NCBI GenBank assembly: GCA_048013815.1 | Contig: CM106586.1 | Span: forward strand, 12,896,001 to 12,960,000 | Source of the DNA: Setoptus koraiensis | Taxonomy: Eukaryota > Animalia > Arthropoda | Reading direction: 5' to 3' | Length of the DNA stretch: 64,000 bases | Part shown: in pieces, positions 57,462-64,000 of the stretch | Layout of the letters: each line of letters opens with the position of its first letter | How positions within the stretch are numbered: the stretch's first letter is position 1 | Notes under the pieces: generated by a model | Told to the model about the DNA's origin: nothing | The model's input: the letters and a program-made list of their open reading frames with translations, nothing else | Database searches by the model: none | Position numbers and translations under genes: made by a program

Positions 57462-60400
57462 ATGATTAAGCACACCAACAGCTCAGCATTATGCTCACTA
57501 GTCTCATTTATATTGGCATTTTTCATCATAGTTTGTGTCAGTGATTTTACTCAACAAGTGTCAGTGATTACCAATCCACATTTACATCATACATCACAAC
57601 CACCTATAGCAAGCAACGTAGCAGCACAATTATCCGAAGGCGACAGCGCAACAAATGCAACTGACGACGCATTGTCCCATCTGAACAGTGATGCAATAGG
57701 CGACAATATATCGCAGCAGCACTCGTTAAATTATTTATTGTCCGTTATATCATCAAGCCCAGTTGCAGTGAACGGCAGCAGCAGTAGCAGCGGCAGCAAA
57801 TCACAACAATCGACATCGGATCAGTCGCAGCAGCATCATGGGGCCGCAATCAGCGACTCGTCGCTGGATAAATTGCGACAATTGCTGGTCGACGACAAGC
57901 ACGATCATTCAAGCAACAGAGTGGACATACAATTGGCCAATGATGCCTGGAAATTGATGCGAACCAGCGCGAAAAGATTTGCCGCGGAAAAAGTGCGACA
58001 GGCCAGACCCATTGTGGGCCAGCTAATGGGATCGGCTCGCGTCAGCGGCCCGTGCCAACAATCCATATCTCACCTATTGGATCGCTTGGAGAATCTCGAT
58101 TTGTGGGCCGTGCAAAGTAAGTGCAATTCAAGTGTGCAATGCCCTCCTTTCACTGGGCTTGTCAATTGTCGCTCGCGTCACAATTTGTAACAGATGTTGT
58201 AATAGATAGTTGAGTGGCAGTGGACAGAGAGGCGCCTAATTGAGACAAACAGCAATTATGGCGCCAAATATCAGTTGGCCGGCAGTTCAAGGACGCAGCA
58301 TGTTGGTCGCAAAATGTTGATTGGACAACTCAATGGCCAATTGAATGTCAGTCAGTTAACACTTGACTAATATTGCCCACTAGCATTTCATCAGGCAACA
58401 GGTAGATTGGGCTCGGTGTAGATGAGATCATCAATTAAGGCGTCGGTCAGTTGGCTGGCTGGCTGGCTGGCTGCATTCGTTGAGTTGATCGCCAATTAGC
58501 TGGCGAGATAACTAACAGAGCCGAAAACTGAAAACAACTAATGTCCGGCAACTGACCTACCAATCAGCATAGTCGTTTGCTACTGCTGTTGCTCGGTTGT
58601 TGCCGTTGCTCGGTTGTTGCTCGGTTGTTGCCGTTGTTATTCGGTTGCTGCTGCTGCTGCTGTTGTTGTCGGCGTGGCCCGATGAATAGCTGGCCGCCCA
58701 GCGGGCCAGTGTGTTGCTATCGACCAAATGAACCCTGATCGACGCGCTCGCCCGAACACTGAAATGCGGCCTAAATGGCGAGAAAAAATTACCAAAATAT
58801 TAAACGACAAAAGTCACTTTTGCGATCTATCATCATCTAACATATGGCATATATATGATACGATAACCACATAATGGCACGACAACGCGCGCGTAAACAT
58901 CGGTCAGTCGCTTTCTTTTCTTGTAATCCGGCAATAAATGGCCATTTGTAGACAATTGCAACCACAACGCAACGAATTTAGAGCTCGTTGATTGATGCCA
59001 ACCGAGCGGCCAATAACCAGAGCCAGAGTTTACTGTGTGCACTATCAGAGAGGTCGAGACCTTCTCGGATTATCCGGATAATCCGAGAATGTTGAGCTTG
59101 AGCTTGGAAAAAATAACAGCTGCAACAAGGCAAGAGCCGGCGTTCAAAGGCCAGATCCGGCTGAGCTCATATCCTAAATTCTGCAATCGATCGAGCAGCG
59201 CAATTTTGCACAACTGACCAACACTTGTGACCGGGAAACGCAATAGCCAGACTACGACGGATACGATTGCGTGCCCATTGGCCAAGTGACACTGCCAGCT
59301 AAAAAGAGGCCGCACTCAGATCGATCGGCACCGACAGTGAAACGAATATTCCAGCCGATAACGTGACGCTCATCCTTGAATATGCGCTCGACTTTGTTGG
59401 GTCCAACTGCGACTTGACCGGCGCTGTCCGCAACTGCTCACATCCATTGTAACCAACTTGGTGCAAGCATTTGCTGTGAACCCGTGGCCGACGACAGTCG
59501 TTCGCTGGATCCCTGACTCGGGAACCCTGAGGCTTCTTGGGGAGCGTCGAGCCCGACGAGCGGCCCGTTACACAAGTCTCAGATTTACTCATTGTGTCAC
59601 ACAGACTGAGTGTAAATCATCGATTAATTAATCAACTATTGCCGCAGTCCATCTCGACCAATTAACTCACATCGACCATCTCACTAACTAACTCACAGCC
59701 ACCAGCAACTCTGTCCATGCCCGACTGAAAAATGCTGCCGATTGATTTGCAAAATCAATGCAATCTCCAAGATGACGACCCACTATCGCCAATCTATCAA
59801 CTCGATACCAGTTTCGCCGACAAAAATAATCAATTAATAATCATAATCAATTAAAATTCATTATCGTCTCTCTCGCATATTGTGCATATTGTGCATATTG
59901 CAACACCGCATGTTGTTTGACCTCGTGCGGCATTCAGTGTGGAATTCGTGGGGCGACTTTCCGGCGCAAGGCGTATTCGAGGGCACCTTCACAAGCATGG
60001 GCTCCTATTATGGTTGCGTCAACACCAAGGCAAATGAGTTTATTGGCGAGGCACAATATTGCACACTTAAATATCAGCCAATAGTGCCCAAGCGGCCCAG
60101 ATATCACAACATATTGGCGTCCATACCAGATTTGGCAAATTTCACCCAGGAGCCAGACGTAAGTATCGTCACATGACAGCCACTTTAAATGGCGTGTGTG
60201 TGAATTTCAGGGGATATTTATTTGCAGTAAGCAATACGACGGCGATACGGGCTACTTGTCGCCAGCGATGGATGTTGATTGAAGTGCTGGCGTCGATCGC
60301 GAATTCCAGCGACAAACTTCGACGTCATTCGTGCTCAATCAAGTCGGCATAAAATTGCAAAAATGTTTGCAAAAATGCCATTGGCATGCCGAAACTGCGA

Positions 60401-63400
60401 TAATGCGAATTTTGAGAGTCAAATCACGATTGCCTGTTGTCTGTGATCGATGGCGATCGCCACTCGAGCACCGATGCCAGAAAGTGAACAACTTTCCAGC
60501 GTGTGTTTGCGTCGAGTGTCGCCAGACCCTTATGTCTGCCAGATTCTCTGGCTGAATCTTGGCGGCGGTGATTTATTGCTCTCCTACGAGGCACTCACGT
60601 GATGGCGGTGTCAGACAGCCTTGGCAAACACACAATTGAAGTGCGCTCAATCGTCACTAGTCAAGAGCTCGACAAACACATGGTACAAAATTATACAATA
60701 ATACAAGATAAATACAGACAGCTTGTGGCTGGCCAGATCGCAAACGCTTTTTATTCAATTAGACAGGCCAAAATTTGAGTGATTTGAGTGATGACGAGTC
60801 TGTCTGACGCGCCCGATCCGGCGCGCGCTTGGCTGCACTGGCAACGGGCCTCTCGGTCAGGCCGGCAACGGGCCTCTCGGTCAGGCCGGCAACGGGCTCG
60901 ACCGATCGTGAATAGCATCGTCGGAGGGCCAGTTGGCTCATTACTAGAAGTTTTGGATGGAAACACACGCAACGCGAAAATACACAACTGTCGCTCATTG
61001 TTGTCTAGTTACCGTTTAAATCAATAATCTCTGCCATTCTTTATTTTATCTCTGTCTCTGTCCCTGTGCCTTTTATATATTTTATCCAATATCGCTGTTG
61101 TTGCCATTGCAAAATTGCAACAACAACAACGCTCACCAATGCCAACGGACAAACGGACAAACGGACGAATGCACCGAATGCCAACTTATAACTTATCTTA
61201 ACAGGTCTTCAATTATTTCGCCAGGAAGGCTCAATATTTTTACTACACAAAATTGCGTCTGGCCACTTGTTTGCCAACTAAATGCTCAAAATTGGATGTA
61301 GAATTACTGGCCAAAACAGGTGAGTTGTTGTTGTTGTTGTTATTCGGCGTGTCAGTTCCTATCTATGTTATGAGTTATTAGTGCCATGGCTAAATGGATA
61401 AATCATAAGCAAAACAAGCAACAACAAAGACAAAAACAAGCGCACACAAGTAATACCATCAATTACAACCGACTATCCAAATCCGTCTCTGGCTAGTTGT
61501 TGTTATTTTAACTCCACGTTGGTTGGCCCGCAACCAGCTTATCTCTCGCCTGGCAACTCCATCTCTCCTTGATGCTAGCTCGCCACTGCCAATGAAACCG
61601 GCCCAACACTTGCTCGCCCGGCTCCAAAACGATTCGGACGGCTCGGATCGTTGTCGCTGCTGCTGTGGTTGTTGTCGTTGTTGTTGTTGTCGTTGTTGTT
61701 GTTGCCGTTGTTGTTGTTGCCGTTGTTGTTGTTGTTGCCGTTGTTGTCGGCGCTGTTGTTGTCCGGTCAATGATTGCAACAGCAACAACAACACCAACAA
61801 CAACACCAACCAGTGACCGATTTTGTGCGCAAGTCACACTCGATCAAGCGCTGAGAAGCTGAGATTTATCTGGCTGCTTATTCACGGTCAAGAGTGACCA
61901 CTGTCCAGATGCGGTTGCACTTGTTGCTACTGCAAACAACCAGTCACAAATGTCTAGTCAACTTTCACCTGTTGTGTCTGTTTGGTGTTTGTTTTGTTCG
62001 GTGGTTGCTGGCGCCTCACTCAATTGAGACTCTCAATTGAGTGTGTGTGTGCCAGCCCGGCCATCGACAATGAACTTAATTTATGTAACTCTCGCCAATT
62101 GTTGCAACCTGTTAGTTTGCTCACGTTTCAAGGCCCCCGTTGGCTTGCCTGGCATGCATGCAATGGTGACGACGATGACGTAACGCATACTGCGTGTTCT
62201 TACTGTTGTGTTACGTCATCGTCGTCATCATTGTCTTGTCCAAGGCTCTCATTATGGCAGTAGTTGCGTTTTATTGCCACTACTACTATTAATTGGTAAT
62301 TATTTATTGGTGTAGCAGTAGTAGTAGTAGTAGTAGCTTTAATTAGAAACACACACACACACGCACACAATTAACAGTCAGCTCGCATATTACGTAATAT
62401 ATACTGTATATAACGGTTTGCTTGTTTGTCTTCATAATGCCTAGCGTCATATGACGTAAGCGAGCTGCTAATTATTTCACTGATGATATTTTGTTAGTGA
62501 TGCAGCTGACCATGGTCACCTTGTCTCACAGTATCGCTGATACCGTATCAGTATCGCTGATACCGTATCAGTGATCGCGCTGTATTGCTGGCCATAAGAG
62601 ACGCAACAATCGTCATTGTCACACGCACACACACACAGGTAACCGGTTAACGCAATAATACAGTTAGGTAATGATGATAACGAATGCAGATAAGAAGGTA
62701 AAGTGTGGTAATGGTCTAGTTGATGTCATTTCAACTAGCAGAATACTGGTAGCGGTTTGTTTGCGCGTTATTTTCAGCAGCCACACGTACACTCGTGCCT
62801 GTTGCTGTTGCTGTTGTTGTGCCGACAGCGGCTCGTGTTACGTAACGCTCTGCTCTCGTCTAACGGTAGCTACCTGTTTTGCAATTCAAGGTTCTCAGGT
62901 AGTAATCATTAGCAAATTGTTATTTCCCCGTTGCTGTCTAGATAATGATTATTTAATTGCTCGCCTCTCGACTTTTGCCGGCTTAGGACAGGTGAGCGTT
63001 ATTATTATTATTAATTTGTGTGTGTGTGTGTGTGTTATTGAGAGAGAAAGCGATCATCAGTTGAGCCCTGTCAAGCTCTGTTAGTTGGGCCTTGTTTGGC
63101 CCTGTCCACACACCATCGCGCCATCTTAGTCAGCTGGCCATCGATACAATAATGAACAACAAAACTGTAGCTGTTACATTCAACAGCGACAGGTTGCCTT
63201 GATATTGGTTGCTTAATTATCTCATGGCGCCTTGTTGATCTTGTCGAGATTATTTTACATTATTTGGGCTAGCCATCGAAATGTATTTTTGGCAACAACA
63301 GTGAGATTGTGTTGAGACGTGAATGCATTTAACATGGGCCTTGATTTGCCTTGGCAATTGTTGTTGCCGATGTACGGGAAGAGAATTTCTATTTAGAATT

Positions 63401-64000
63401 GTTAGTGCGTGTTGGTAGTAATTATTTTCGTTATTATTATCTTGGCTTTGCATTTATTTTCTTTTCCTTATTTATCTGTTCGCTAAAGATTCAGGCTCGT
63501 GTTTCCATCAGTTATAGTAATAATAAGCGTGTCCTGTTTATCAATCAGCATACTGATTGATAAACGAGACACGCTCAATATCGACCAATATCAATTCAAC
63601 ACTCGCGCTCTCGATGGTCGCCACTCATTAGTTAACTCTCTAAACTATAACTCTATTAAATTACTCTACTAAATTTCTCTACCAAATTTCTCTACCAAAT
63701 TTCTCTACTTAATTTCTCTATCCAATTTCTCTATTGAATTGCAAATTCTTTTTGTTGTTGTTGTTATAATTATCCTGTCGTGTGCAGTGGCGCCCAAGGC
63801 CGTGCTCCAATACTCCGGCGTTGAGTGTCTCAAGAGGGAGCCCGCCACAGTGAACAGGTCGCAAAGATTTGCCATTGTGGTGCTGATATCGCTTGCTTTT
63901 GTCTCACTGTTGGGCACCTTGTCGCACATATTCAACATTGAGCAATTTGGCCAGGAGTGGCCCCATTCGCCACCGTTGCTCAAGAGATTTTTGTCTTCGT
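57462..64000 (+). CDS. NRF-6 / O-acyltransferase-like (acyltransferase-3) membrane protein, first four exons (truncated by the window)
   Basis: Exon 1 57462-58116 (signal/TM segment, S/Q-rich spacer, VSGPCQQSISHLLDRLENLDLWAVQ). Exon 2 59938-60158 (MWNSWGDFPAQGVFEGTFTSMGSYYGC..AQYC). Exon 3 61205-61319 (RKAQYFYYTKLRLATCLPTKCSKLDV). Exon 4 63788 to >64000 (VECLKRE..FAIVVLISLAFVSLLGTL). All phases are compatible. Confidence 0.88.
60840..60897. repeat. 24-bp tandem repeat GGCAACGGGCCTCTCGGTCAGGCC, about 2.4 copies (intronic)
   Basis: Perfect units at 60840 and 60864. Confidence 0.9.
61648..61765. repeat. (GTT/GTC/GCC)n triplet array (intronic)
   Basis: Directly visible; it produces the QQR, TTA and CCR ORFs in the track. 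Confidence 0.9.
62531..62570. repeat. Perfect 20-bp tandem duplication GTATCGCTGATACCGTATCA x2
   Basis: Units at 62531 and 62551. Confidence 0.9.

Noticed and set aside
60181-60730. Candidate additional NRF-6 exons in intron 2
   Set aside because: Stops or no homology in the required phase; the exon at 61205 continues the frame correctly.

Overview
Eukaryotic (animal, arthropod-type) nuclear DNA. Short AT-rich introns, many intronless genes and the protein sequences suggest a compact mite-like genome (inference). All gene identities come from motif recognition, not database searches. The window has two compartments. (1) About 1-40 kb is gene-dense: a divergent dishevelled, DUS1L, tRNA-Arg(ACG), troponin I, PAL, Ral, ASNSD1, scribbler/brakeless (ZNF608/609), DENND4/Crag, MKK7/hep, signal peptide peptidase, a secreted lipase with a long acidic N-terminus, myosin regulatory light chain and KDSR. 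(2) About 40-64 kb is GC-richer, GGCC/GGGCCC-rich and full of micro- and minisatellites. It holds a decayed duplicate of KDSR plus its upstream region, an intronless SNAP-25, a VPS26 pseudogene, a duplicated SNAP-25 3' fragment and the first four exons of an NRF-6-family O-acyltransferase with kb-sized introns. The best new candidate is a ~205-nt multi-stem RNA-like element at 32041-32244 with a TATA-like box, a 5'/3' closing stem, paired GAUC motifs, a 3' hairpin and a UUUCUUUUU end, i.e. a 7SK-like Pol III architecture. Other highlights: a short-lid PLA1-type lipase fused to an acidic disordered domain, a Dishevelled with altered DIX polymerisation residues, a Ral with an N-terminal extension and a farnesyl-type CaaX box, and templated-insertion/microhomology repair scars that can be read directly against intact parental copies in the same window.
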